Positions 26,113-34,747 of a DNA stretch of 59,157 nucleotides are shown piece by piece. The stretch is taken from assembly GCA_016935265.1 (NCBI GenBank), contig JAFGRH010000043.1, forward strand, positions 1-59,157. Reading direction: 5' to 3'. Position numbers and translations under genes: made by a program. The number at the start of each line of letters is the position of its first letter. Within the stretch, counting starts at the first letter, position 1. This DNA comes from Candidatus Woesearchaeota archaeon (lineage in GTDB: Archaea > Nanobdellota > Nanobdellia > Woesearchaeales > UBA10216). Below the pieces are notes generated by a model, which was not told the origin of the DNA, did not search any database, and worked only from the letters and a program-made list of their open reading frames with translations.

Positions 26113-27983
26113 TTTAACTCCTCCTTGGATCCCAAAAATATCAAAATCAGTCCAGCAAACCCTATAACTGCTCCTGGGACCCAGTAAAACGCGGATATGT
26201 AGCCAAAAGTATTGATGTATTCTTCTAAAACAACCTGGACTAATTTGTCGAGGATGGCCAGTGAAGAGCCCAGAATAATAAACAGCCTAGCCGAAAGGCT
26301 TTTTAGTTTAAATCCGTAGAAGAAAAGAAGAATGAGCACGAATGTTGTTGAAAGGTCGGAGATCTCGTCGTAAACTGCCGGTTTCATCCATCCTTGGAAG
26401 AAGAGCGTAACTAAAAAGAAATATGCGATTAAGAAAGCAAGAGCTATGCCTGCTGAGTCAGAAAGCTTCAAGTTAGAAAAAATAGTCCCTTTCTGCCCTT
26501 CTCCAGCAAGATACCCTCTGATTCCCTTTCCTGCACATTTATTGTCAATATGCTTTCCTAAAAAAAAGCCGATTATTGTTAGAATTAGAATTGCCACAAT
26601 GGAAAAATAAATGTGCTTGTCTGTCATATCTTCAACCGGAACGTCTACTGCCTCACTTTTATCCATCTCAGCAAGAAGGCACCACCCTATTCTAGGGATT
26701 TCCACATATGTGCCTATGTCTTCCCCCCCCGTATAGTCCAAGTAAAGAGTGGCTTTTTCTACCGCATGGCTGCTTTCCGGAGATTTTTCTTCAAAGCAAT
26801 TTTTTGAGTTTTCATTATCAATTGACTGGACCATAATATCAAATTTTCCATCCCTAAGCGGGCTTATCAATATAAGATCCTTATTAATAAGATAGCTTTC
26901 ACCAGTTTCTTTTAGTCCCTTGACGTCTTTAACTATTTCGAAAAGTTCATCCATCTCCTTAACCATGCAAGCATAGCCCAATAAATCTCCAGAATCACGA
27001 ACAGGCACGATAACAGAGATTTTGGGGTAAAGTTCACCGTAGCCCTCTATAAACGGGCCGTAAAAGGAAAGCCCGCCAGTTTCCAGCGTTTTGAAATAGT
27101 TTCTTGAGAATCCCGATTCCCTGTTTTCTTCCCAGTTAAGGTTCGTTCCCAATATTGCAGGTTCCCCCTCTGCATAAACAACATCCCCTTCCCTTTTAAT
27201 AAGCAATAATGAGCTGTACCCCTTTTCCTTAACTAAGTTATTCAAGTGATCCGACTTAGCTTTTATTACATTATATTCTTTATTATAAGCAGTTATTGCA
27301 ACAGACAAACTTAGGCCATCGGCAGTTCTTACAGGTATTTTCGCAAAGCTGCCGTACTTATAGGCTACGCTTCCGTTCTCTTCGTCTATGCGATAAAATC
27401 CTTCAGAAGAGCCCTTTCTGGAATTTTCTTCAAAAAGATTTAGGAGTTCGGGGAAAGTTAAGGCAAAATCGTGGGAATCGTATCCTATCCTTCTTTCTTC
27501 TTTGTGGAACCCTGTGATAAGCGTGTCAGAGTCGAATAAAGCGGTATAGCCGTCATTCCCTATCGGCTGGACAGCAAGCTTCTTGAATTCTTCGCTCTCC
27601 TGAAGATCCTTCAAGGTCATTTTCGGGTGTGCTTTGATGTAATTTTCAATTTCTTTCGACGCAATCCGGGTTTTTTCGCCAATATTTCTTTTCATAACAG
27701 CTTCATCAAAAATTACCTCCTCTTTCAAAAGGCGTATAACTTCACCTGAATTTTTCAGTAGTTCAGCTTCTTCCTCCAGCCCGGACAGATAGCCTTCTAG
27801 GGCATCCGCTTTTGATTCTGCATCAGCAACCAGAATATCTGAGGTTTCCTTTATTAGAGTCCGCTCTAAATTAGCCAGACTGGCTAAATTGATAACGATG
27901 GATAATACTACTGCGATTAAAAAAAAGGCGATGGCGAAACTATGTTGCAGTTTCATTACCTTCCTCCCACGGGAACCTTTCAT
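26109..27983 (-). CDS. Membrane sensor-like protein. It has an extracytoplasmic Cache-like domain between TM1 and TM2 and a C-terminal multi-TM module. I recognise no kinase or cyclase output domain.
   Basis: TM FAIAFFLIAVVLSIVINLA, then about 430 aa of extracytoplasmic region, then TM IYFSIVAILILTIIGFFLG and 4-5 further TM segments. Confidence 0.5.
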   Translation of the reverse strand: MKGSRGRKVMKLQHSFAIAFFLIAVVLSIVINLASLANLERTLIKETSDILVADAESKADALEGYLSGLEEEAELLKNSGEVIRLLKEEVIFDEAVMKRNIGEKTRIASKEIENYIKAHPKMTLKDLQESEEFKKLAVQPIGNDGYTALFDSDTLITGFHKEERRIGYDSHDFALTFPELLNLFEENSRKGSSEGFYRIDEENGSVAYKYGSFAKIPVRTADGLSLSVAITAYNKEYNVIKAKSDHLNNLVKEKGYSSLLLIKREGDVVYAEGEPAILGTNLNWEENRESGFSRNYFKTLETGGLSFYGPFIEGYGELYPKISVIVPVRDSGDLLGYACMVKEMDELFEIVKDVKGLKETGESYLINKDLILISPLRDGKFDIMVQSIDNENSKNCFEEKSPESSHAVEKATLYLDYTGGEDIGTYVEIPRIGWCLLAEMDKSEAVDVPVEDMTDKHIYFSIVAILILTIIGFFLGKHIDNKCAGKGIRGYLAGEGQKGTIFSNLKLSDSAGIALAFLIAYFFLVTLFFQGWMKPAVYDEISDLSTTFVLILLFFYGFKLKSLSARLFIILGSSLAILDKLVQVVLEEYINTFGYISAFYWVPGAVIGFAGLILIFLGSKEELK

Positions 27984-29016
27984 AAATCTTGGAGTTCACC
28001 AAAATAATGCTCGGTATGTCATCTCTTTTGAGTCCAAGGCTTTCGGCTCTCGCAAGATTAATTGCCTTTTCGCTTTTTTTTGTAGGTTTAAATTCAAAGC
28101 TGGACGGTTCTGCCCCGTCAATTAAGATAGCATAAGCAAGCCTCCCCCCTGCCTCGCCTTGCTCTTTTGCAGAAACTTCCGCGGATAATAGGGCCCCTTG
28201 GTCAACGATAAAGTCCCAGAAAGTAGTTTCAGGAATTTCACTGTTTTCAACAAGCCATTTTAAGACCTGACCTTCTGGAACATTGTTCCCATCTTTGTCC
28301 ACAAACCCGACAATACTGAGGTGCATTATCGCATCTACGTTATCCTGATAAGTTAGAACCTTGCTTTTATACTCTTCAAGTTTGTGCAGTCGGTCCCATC
28401 CAACAAATTCTATTTCAGGAAATTCTTCTTTTTGCTCTTTTAAGTTTTTGATTACCGTGATCCACTGAGGCAGGTCATCCGAGATTACTGCTATTCTTTT
28501 TATCTCATCGGGATAAAGTGTTTTTAGTAGGTTAACAGTGTCGGCAAAATGTAATTCTTCTAAAACACCGGCAACGTTTTCTGCCGTATCATAACCATAC
28601 TTTGCCGGGTCCTCATTTAACCCCGTGAAAACAATCGGCGTTTCTGTATTCACATACTTGGCAATAAATTCCTGTGCATGGTCGTCTTCTGCGTAAATTA
28701 GGTCAGGTTTGTATTCTTCAATCATTTCGATTGCTTTTTCTCCCTTGACCATCTTATTTTGCTCTGAAGTGTTCCTTAGTGTATCCATGTCCCACCTCTT
28801 TATTTCGATATCTATTCCACCTTTTTCAAATACTTCTTCAAATGCTTTAATGTTATCATCTGCCCAAGGGAATTCATGGTAACTGTTCAAATAAAATATC
28901 TTTATAGGAGCATCTCCTCTGAATTTGTAAGGGCTGTAAAAAGACCCAAAGTAAAAATTAATCATAAGCGCTATTGCTAAGATCCCGACTATCCAGTATA
29001 TCAATCGCTTATTCAT
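27940..29016 (-). CDS. Periplasmic-binding-protein-like protein (ABC_sub_bind-type fold), membrane anchored.
   Basis: N-terminal anchor LIYWIVGILAIALMINFYF. KIFYLNSYHEFPWADD..., PDLIYAEDDHAQEF and IAVISDD resemble the orphan ABC substrate-binding family often found next to sensor proteins. Confidence 0.5.
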   Translation of the reverse strand: MNKRLIYWIVGILAIALMINFYFGSFYSPYKFRGDAPIKIFYLNSYHEFPWADDNIKAFEEVFEKGGIDIEIKRWDMDTLRNTSEQNKMVKGEKAIEMIEEYKPDLIYAEDDHAQEFIAKYVNTETPIVFTGLNEDPAKYGYDTAENVAGVLEELHFADTVNLLKTLYPDEIKRIAVISDDLPQWITVIKNLKEQKEEFPEIEFVGWDRLHKLEEYKSKVLTYQDNVDAIMHLSIVGFVDKDGNNVPEGQVLKWLVENSEIPETTFWDFIVDQGALLSAEVSAKEQGEAGGRLAYAILIDGAEPSSFEFKPTKKSEKAINLARAESLGLKRDDIPSIILVNSKIYERFPWEEGNETAT

Positions 29017-30209
29017 TTTTTCCCCTCCTCACCGTTATGGTTGCCGTTAAGCACAAGCAGGAATATTAGGCCCGCAATGGTCAGAATAATCAACCCGTAA
29101 ACAAAAGAAGAAAAGACATACTTTTTCTTTAAAGCACTGTTGATTTTATTGATGCTTTCTTTTTCTGAAATGCTGACTAAAGCCCAGTAATATTCCTTTT
29201 CAGGCACTTGGCCAAAGACCTTTTTTGATCCCTCGTAAACTTCAAACGTCGTTGAAGTGGGATAGAAGTATTTTACCGTGAAAATTGAGTCCTCTGACTC
29301 GATTTGTTTTCCGTCAATGTTTGACAAAATCTCTTCTCCGACTTCAGGGTATTCCTTCTTGAAGTTATAGCCCTTATCATCAAACATAAATGCAAACTCC
29401 TTTTCCTTGTCCGGGTTTGTTAAGTAATTCCCGTTGTTATCGATCAGGAATACGGTCTCCCCTTCCCTCTGGGCTCTCTTAATGTCTTCCAAGAAGTAAT
29501 CAGCATAAATGTGGGAAACAAGGACACCCTTTCTTTCGCTATCGCTGAAAACAGGTGTTGCGTATCTTATGACCGGCACATAAACAGGGTCGTCATCTGT
29601 GCCGCGGTTTTCTATTTTTCCGTTTTCCTCGTTTAAGTCCAGTCTTGAAACATAAACCTCGCCTGAAAGCAGTTTCATCGCTTCTTTGAAATATTCCTCA
29701 TCTTCCTTGTTTTCCAGTTTATCTGTTGGGAAATTGTAATACTCGCTTCCGTTGAATCGAATCCGTATAAGCTCTTCCCCTTCTTTATTTATGTAGCTTA
29801 GGTAGTAATAAGCAGTATTTTGCTTCAGGAATTCCAAGAAGCTCGCTTTTAGCCTTTCCACTTCGCTGGAATTCTGTCCCTCCCCTGAAGGAATGTTTCT
29901 CGTGCAGTAAAGCCTGCTAAGGAACAAAATATCATTTCCGGCGCTTCTTGGGAATGAGTTCATTTGGACAAGAACTGAATTAATCCTCTGGTTAATTGTG
30001 TCCAGCAGTTCCGCCTCATTTCCTTTTATATTGTTTTTCAGGTGAGAATAGTCCTGGACTATTAAAAAAGCCAAAAGACTCGATAGCAATAAGAAAATCA
30101 GGCCTAGCATATACTGCCTTTTAGTAAAAGAGCTTGCTCGGCGTGAATGAGTTACGCCGGGCAAGCTCTCTTTTATGAATGTTATACTTTTCCCGCTTTT
30201 GGCTTGCAT
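29013..30209 (-). CDS. Membrane protein with an extracytoplasmic Cache-like domain, flanked by one TM on each side.
   Basis: TM MLGLIFLLLSSLLAFLIV, about 300 aa of extracytoplasmic region, then TM FVYGLIILTIAGLIFLLVL. No cytoplasmic domain. Confidence 0.45.
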   Translation of the reverse strand: MQAKSGKSITFIKESLPGVTHSRRASSFTKRQYMLGLIFLLLSSLLAFLIVQDYSHLKNNIKGNEAELLDTINQRINSVLVQMNSFPRSAGNDILFLSRLYCTRNIPSGEGQNSSEVERLKASFLEFLKQNTAYYYLSYINKEGEELIRIRFNGSEYYNFPTDKLENKEDEEYFKEAMKLLSGEVYVSRLDLNEENGKIENRGTDDDPVYVPVIRYATPVFSDSERKGVLVSHIYADYFLEDIKRAQREGETVFLIDNNGNYLTNPDKEKEFAFMFDDKGYNFKKEYPEVGEEILSNIDGKQIESEDSIFTVKYFYPTSTTFEVYEGSKKVFGQVPEKEYYWALVSISEKESINKINSALKKKYVFSSFVYGLIILTIAGLIFLLVLNGNHNGEEGKK

Positions 30210-30301
30210 TAAACCAGTCCTTCTCTATCGCTTACTTTTAGTTCCCTTATACCTGATTACTTTATGGATAACTGAGTATTTCAGATTTTTCACTCAATTT
30301 T

Positions 30302-30347
30302 TATCCCGATAATAAAAATCGGGATAAATTTTTGATAAATTTATCCC
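30302..30347. promoter_or_regulatory. Overlapping 9-bp inverted repeats sharing a TATCCC/GGGATA core; a candidate operator in a divergent promoter region.
   Basis: TATCCCGAT (30302-30310) pairs with ATCGGGATA (30318-30326). GGGATAAAT (30321-30329) pairs with ATTTATCCC (30339-30347). Confidence 0.4.
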
Positions 30348-30379
30348 ACTTAATGGAAATATTTATAAAAAGAAAGGAA

Positions 30380-30688
30380 ATGCACTATTTTATGGGTGTT
30401 GTACTGAGCACAAAACTCAAAGGCGAGGAGCAGGTAGTCTTTGAAGTGCTGATGCCCTATGAGGAGTCAGTCCAGCTTCAGGGGCATATGGAGGAAGTGC
30501 ACATATTCTCAGAGAACGTTAAGGATTCAAAGACAAAAATCAGCGCTAGGGGCAAGAACGGCGCAACAAAATACTTCCTTGTGCCTCGGGAACTCAGGGA
30601 CGGCATAAACCTCAGCAAGGAAGTGAACTGCCAGAAGATAGAGCTCAAGGACAAGGTGATTTTTATCTACAGCGTAGATAAGTTTTGA
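30380..30688 (+). CDS. Small AbrB/SpoVT-like protein (putative DNA-binding).
   Basis: GATKYFLVPRELRDGINLSKEVNCQKIELKDKVIFIYSV resembles the looped-hinge-helix pattern. Paralog of 34376..34702. The start could be 30380 or 30392. Confidence 0.4.
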   Translation: MHYFMGVVLSTKLKGEEQVVFEVLMPYEESVQLQGHMEEVHIFSENVKDSKTKISARGKNGATKYFLVPRELRDGINLSKEVNCQKIELKDKVIFIYSVDKF

Positions 30689-30690
30689 AA

Positions 30691-31383
30691 ATGGAAAAAG
30701 CAAAGACGGGCATAATGGGTTTTGACAGGCTTGTTAGCGGAGGTTTCCCGACAGGCAGCACTAACCTGATCGGCGGCGCTCCGGGAACGGGAAAAACGAT
30801 TTTTGCGCTAGAGTACATTTATAACGGCGCTGCCAAATTCGGCGAGAAAGGGCTTTACATAACGATTGAAGAAAGCATCGACAGGCTGAAGAAGCAGGCC
30901 GCGCAGTTTGGCTGGGATTTTGACTCTTTAGAGAAGAAAGGGACGGCCAAAATAATACACATCAGCACAGAGAGCATAAAGGAAAACGTGGCAGAAAACA
31001 TAGTCAGCATTATAAAAAAAGGGGGCTATGTAAGAGTGGTTGTTGATTCGATTTCAGCCCTGGCAATCAACACTCCAAACAGCTTTGGCTCTTTAACAGA
31101 CATCAATGAATTTTTCATAAAAAGATTCATGTACATTTTCATCAGGCGGCTCGCGAAAAGCGGGGCAACTTCCCTTTTAGTCTCACAGACTACAGACTCA
31201 TCCCTTTCAAGCGACGGGGTTTCTGAGTTCATCTGCGACGGGGTCATAAACATAAAGTATGAGAGTCTAGGGGGAAATTACTCGCGATACCTAGCCATAA
31301 GGAAAATGAGAGAAGTGAATCACGACGAGGACATACACCCGATAGAGATCAAAGCTGGGATAGCGGTCCATAAGCTGTCGTGA
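30691..31383 (+). CDS. KaiC/RecA-superfamily ATPase (single KaiC-like domain).
   Basis: TGIMGFDRLVSGGFPTGSTNLIGGAPGTGKTIFALEY (Walker A) and VVVDSISAL (Walker B). Confidence 0.8.
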   Translation: MEKAKTGIMGFDRLVSGGFPTGSTNLIGGAPGTGKTIFALEYIYNGAAKFGEKGLYITIEESIDRLKKQAAQFGWDFDSLEKKGTAKIIHISTESIKENVAENIVSIIKKGGYVRVVVDSISALAINTPNSFGSLTDINEFFIKRFMYIFIRRLAKSGATSLLVSQTTDSSLSSDGVSEFICDGVINIKYESLGGNYSRYLAIRKMREVNHDEDIHPIEIKAGIAVHKLS

Positions 31384-31392
31384 TGTAGGAAA

Positions 31393-32046
31393 ATGGAACC
31401 GAGCTTATTTCACCGGATGGCGGCTAATAAGGAGCTGTTTACCCATCAGGAAGGAAAACTTAAGCTGCTTGGAATCTATGGCCGGCTGGTCACAGTTCTT
31501 TCAAGCATAGTCCTGGAACGGCTTTTTGAGGATAATTTTGGCAAGAAAAAGGCAGACGATCTGCTATACCTAGTGAGCGAAGCCCAAAGCTACAACGCCA
31601 CAAAGTGGTTAGTGGAGAAAGTGGGCATCCCATTGAGGGGGAATGAGTTGAGGATTTTCAAAGAAATAGCTAGCCAGGGACAGGTCACTGGGTATGGCGT
31701 TACCGAGGTCATAAAATTTAACCTCAAAAAAAAGATGATTATTGTAAGCCTCAGAAACAATGTTTTTCCGCTCGAGTACAGGGCGTTGTTCGGGAAGCAG
31801 AAATCCGCGGTAGACCACTATGCAAGAGGGCTTATTGGCGGGGTTTGCAAGTACATTTTTGGCGAGGAGATAGTCACAATCAGCGAACAATGCCCCGCAA
31901 CGGGCAAGAAAAAAGCCCTTTACAGGATTGTTCCCCTGGAGGGAGCGGTGGAAAAATACGGGGACCTGGCTAAAAAATTCATCCCAGACCCATCAATTAA
32001 CAGGCAGGTACTTGACAAGGTAAGCGTCAGGAAACTGGTTGCCTGA
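31393..32046 (+). CDS. V4R (4-vinyl reductase-like) domain protein.
   Basis: The C-terminal GLIGGVCKYIFGEEIVTISEQCPATGKKKALYRIVP follows the V4R pattern G...G.....G.....E..C...G. It follows the KaiC-like gene by 9 nt. Confidence 0.5.
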   Translation: MEPSLFHRMAANKELFTHQEGKLKLLGIYGRLVTVLSSIVLERLFEDNFGKKKADDLLYLVSEAQSYNATKWLVEKVGIPLRGNELRIFKEIASQGQVTGYGVTEVIKFNLKKKMIIVSLRNNVFPLEYRALFGKQKSAVDHYARGLIGGVCKYIFGEEIVTISEQCPATGKKKALYRIVPLEGAVEKYGDLAKKFIPDPSINRQVLDKVSVRKLVA

Positions 32047-33334
32047 GCCGCTCAACAGGGATTTCTAGTTCAGCACCAGAATAATTCTCAAGCGTTGCTA
32101 GAGTTGGCGTTGAAGGAAGATTTTTGTTCCCATAAGCCTGAAAATCAGGGCCAATTGCGTGCCATCCCAGAGGCTCCATGCTCCTGACAATCTCCGGGTT
32201 TGCCTCGCTTACAATAGCAGATATGCCATTTTCAGCAGCCCACTGCATCATTCCCTTGACCATTCGGCGGCCAACGCCTTTTCCCTGCTTTGCCTTTACT
32301 ATATAGTAGCCGTTGAATGCGCCAACATCGCCGTACTGCTGGCATATTTGGGCGAGGAGACCTTTGTCGCTGAAAGGCATGTTATCGCCCGGGGGAACAT
32401 AGTTCAGGAAGCCTACAACCCTCCCGGTCCCCTCCTCAACAGCAAAAGCCCCTATTGACCTCTCATCACAGGGATCCCTGTAGACCTCCCCCTCCTTTTC
32501 TGGGATTGCCCTGTGCCTGTCAAACAGCCAGTGGTACCTCAGCCGGAACCCCTTTTCCATCAGCTCAGGGTCGTCTGTTATCTTAATAGATACGTTACTT
32601 GGGCTCTCGCTCTTCTTGGCAACAAAGAAGAAATTGCTTCCATAAGCCTTTCCCTCGCTGAGAATCTCGTCAAAACCAATGAAGTCAAGCAGGATGTCAT
32701 GCATCCTTTCCTGGCTGTACATGTTTGACCTGCCTGGGAAGCTGCGGTTTACCCGCCATACCGTGTCAATGAATGGCTCCTTTTCTTCGTAATTTCTCTG
32801 CTTCCTGAAGTCCTCCCTCATCATTTCCTCTGCCCCGTCAACATCCATTGCAAACGGGCTGGTCAAAACAAGAACGCCGCCATGAGAGAGAAGACGGAGT
32901 GCATTATCAAGGTAGCCCATAGGGTTTTCAAGGTTGAAGAGGACGTTAGAGGAGATTATGGCGTCAAAATGCCTTTCCTTATTAAAAGTGGTCCCGTCAG
33001 CGTAATAGAGGCGGAAATCCCTTCCAGGGTGATCCTGGGCAAGCCGGCTGTTGGCAATTCTGAGCATCTCAATGCTTGAGTCAACTCCCACAACCTCGCA
33101 TGAAGTGTTTGCTTCTAGAATCCTGTCCAAATGCGCCCCTGTTCCGCAGCCGAGGTCAAGGACTTTATTGCGTCCATTGACTGACTCAACAACCTTTTCT
33201 GATAAATCCCTATAAAAGGAAGTCTGCTCAATCGCCTCCTTATATGCGCGGGCAATTTCCCTCCATTCAGGCTTTTCAGGTATCGCTTCAAAATCAACAA
33301 CCCTTTCCTCAAGATCTATGTTTTCCGCTGTCAT
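32027..33334 (-). CDS. Fusion protein: N-terminal class I SAM-dependent methyltransferase plus C-terminal GNAT acetyltransferase.
   Basis: VLDLGCGTGAH is methyltransferase motif I. KQGKGVGRRMVKGMMQWAAENG is GNAT motif A. I place the start at MTAENIDLEE, with GGAGGA 6 nt upstream and an ATGA overlap with the ThiF stop. Confidence 0.75.
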   Translation of the reverse strand: MTAENIDLEERVVDFEAIPEKPEWREIARAYKEAIEQTSFYRDLSEKVVESVNGRNKVLDLGCGTGAHLDRILEANTSCEVVGVDSSIEMLRIANSRLAQDHPGRDFRLYYADGTTFNKERHFDAIISSNVLFNLENPMGYLDNALRLLSHGGVLVLTSPFAMDVDGAEEMMREDFRKQRNYEEKEPFIDTVWRVNRSFPGRSNMYSQERMHDILLDFIGFDEILSEGKAYGSNFFFVAKKSESPSNVSIKITDDPELMEKGFRLRYHWLFDRHRAIPEKEGEVYRDPCDERSIGAFAVEEGTGRVVGFLNYVPPGDNMPFSDKGLLAQICQQYGDVGAFNGYYIVKAKQGKGVGRRMVKGMMQWAAENGISAIVSEANPEIVRSMEPLGWHAIGPDFQAYGNKNLPSTPTLATLENYSGAELEIPVERLRQPVS

Positions 33335-34182
33335 TTTAGTTCCTCCATGTTTGCTATAAGGCAATGTTTCTCATCCCAGGCGTCTATTCGCAGGACTTCG
33401 GGAACGGTAGTGATTTCTATCTGCCCGTACTCCTTAAACCGCGCGGGGTCCTTTTTCTGCTCAAGATAAATCAGGAGCTTAATGGTCTGGGTAGCGGTGA
33501 CTGCCCCTGCCAATGCGACTGCTGGACTTACTGTTGAAGGGTAGTTTTCCTGCTCAAACTTCTCAAAATAAAGAGAGGGGAGGTATTCCAAATCCCCGCC
33601 CATGAGCTTCTTTGCGCCCATCCTGTGCCTTCTGACAAGGTCAGGGTCATCAGGAAAGCGGAGAAGTTCCTCTATTGTAGGCCCTGCAGGGTCGAAGCAG
33701 AGCACAACTGCACCGAAGCCTGAAGAGGGTGTTGAGATTACGTACTGGTTATTCGCCCTTGCAGTTTTGTGGATAATGAGCTTTGAATCAGGAGAGAAGT
33801 AGTCAACCATCTCAACAACAACATCAGCGCCGTCAAGAAACTCCACAACATTTTCCAGATCCACTCCTTCAGGAAAAACATCAACCCTCATATCAGGGTT
33901 TATGTCCTTCATATGCGAGTAGAGGACATCGGTCTTCTTTCTACCAATTGTAGAGACCAGAGCGCCGGTCTGCCTGTTCAGATTGCTTATTTCAAAAGAG
34001 TCATGGTCGGCAATCCTGAGATATCCTGCACCCATCCTTACCAGCTGCTCTGCTGTAGTGCCTCCTGTGCCTCCAACTCCTGCAATGGCAATGCACGAAT
34101 CCCTGAGAAGCTGCTGGGCTTCCTGAGTCAGAGTGCCTATGTTTCTTGAAAAAGCTACCTCATAAGAGAAGTTATCCTGCAC
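33331..34182 (-). CDS. ThiF/MoeB/HesA-family E1-like adenylyltransferase.
   Basis: IAGVGGTGGTTAEQLVRMGAGYLRIADHDSFEISNLNRQ. I place the start at GTG 34182, preceded by GAGGTG at a 5-nt spacing. The ORF-track start 34233 is also a GTG. Confidence 0.8.
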   Translation of the reverse strand: MQDNFSYEVAFSRNIGTLTQEAQQLLRDSCIAIAGVGGTGGTTAEQLVRMGAGYLRIADHDSFEISNLNRQTGALVSTIGRKKTDVLYSHMKDINPDMRVDVFPEGVDLENVVEFLDGADVVVEMVDYFSPDSKLIIHKTARANNQYVISTPSSGFGAVVLCFDPAGPTIEELLRFPDDPDLVRRHRMGAKKLMGGDLEYLPSLYFEKFEQENYPSTVSPAVALAGAVTATQTIKLLIYLEQKKDPARFKEYGQIEITTVPEVLRIDAWDEKHCLIANMEELK

Positions 34183-34375
34183 AAAACCACCTCTTTTTTG
34201 GATAAGAACGAAGGAAGCAGAGATATAAACCACACGCAGGAATTTTTACGTTTTTTCCGGGAAAAATGACAAAAAAAACTTTTATTGAGAAGTTTTTAGT
34301 GGATAAAAACCTGCCATAAGTTATCCTTCCGGTTTCAATAAATTTTTTACTTCAATCGCCAAAGGTTGGCTGTGA

Positions 34376-34702
34376 ATGGGAAAGCTTATCGGGTACAGGC
34401 CCCTAAAAAGTGGGAAGATAAAGTGTTTTTTGAGCACAGACGTGAGCGAAAGCTCGCAACTGGAGGGAAACATGAGGGGGGTATACCTTTTCTGCCCCGG
34501 CACATGCAAAACCAAATCAGGCGTCATTGAGGTTGGCATAAACCATTCAACAAAGTATTTTGAGGTGCCAGAGGCGCTCATATTTAAGCCGCGCAGGAAG
34601 AAAATCTCCAAAAAAAAGCTTTTCGGCACCTGCCAGAAACTAGAAAAAAAGGATAAGGTATTCTTTATTTACATAGTGATGAAAAGAGCTTTGGGAGAAT
34701 GA
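34376..34702 (+). CDS. Small AbrB/SpoVT-like protein, paralog of 30380..30688.
   Basis: Shares ..STKYFEVPEAL....CQKLEKKDKVFFIYIV with the paralog. Confidence 0.4.
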   Translation: MGKLIGYRPLKSGKIKCFLSTDVSESSQLEGNMRGVYLFCPGTCKTKSGVIEVGINHSTKYFEVPEALIFKPRRKKISKKKLFGTCQKLEKKDKVFFIYIVMKRALGE

Positions 34703-34747
34703 AAAAGCGGTTAGAAAAGCGCTTCTCAAAGTTCAGGGAGTTCTAGT

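Noticed and set aside
34282-34317. The mini-ORF MAGFYPLKTSQ plus ThiF plus the methyltransferase/GNAT fusion, considered as a microcin C-like peptidyl-nucleotide cluster (MccA/MccB/MccD/MccE analogy).
   Set aside because: MccA-type precursors end in Asn, but this peptide ends in Gln. The ThiF protein (~283 aa) appears to lack the N-terminal peptide-clamp domain of MccB. No exporter or peptidase gene is adjacent. I kept it only as an open question in the ThiF finding.
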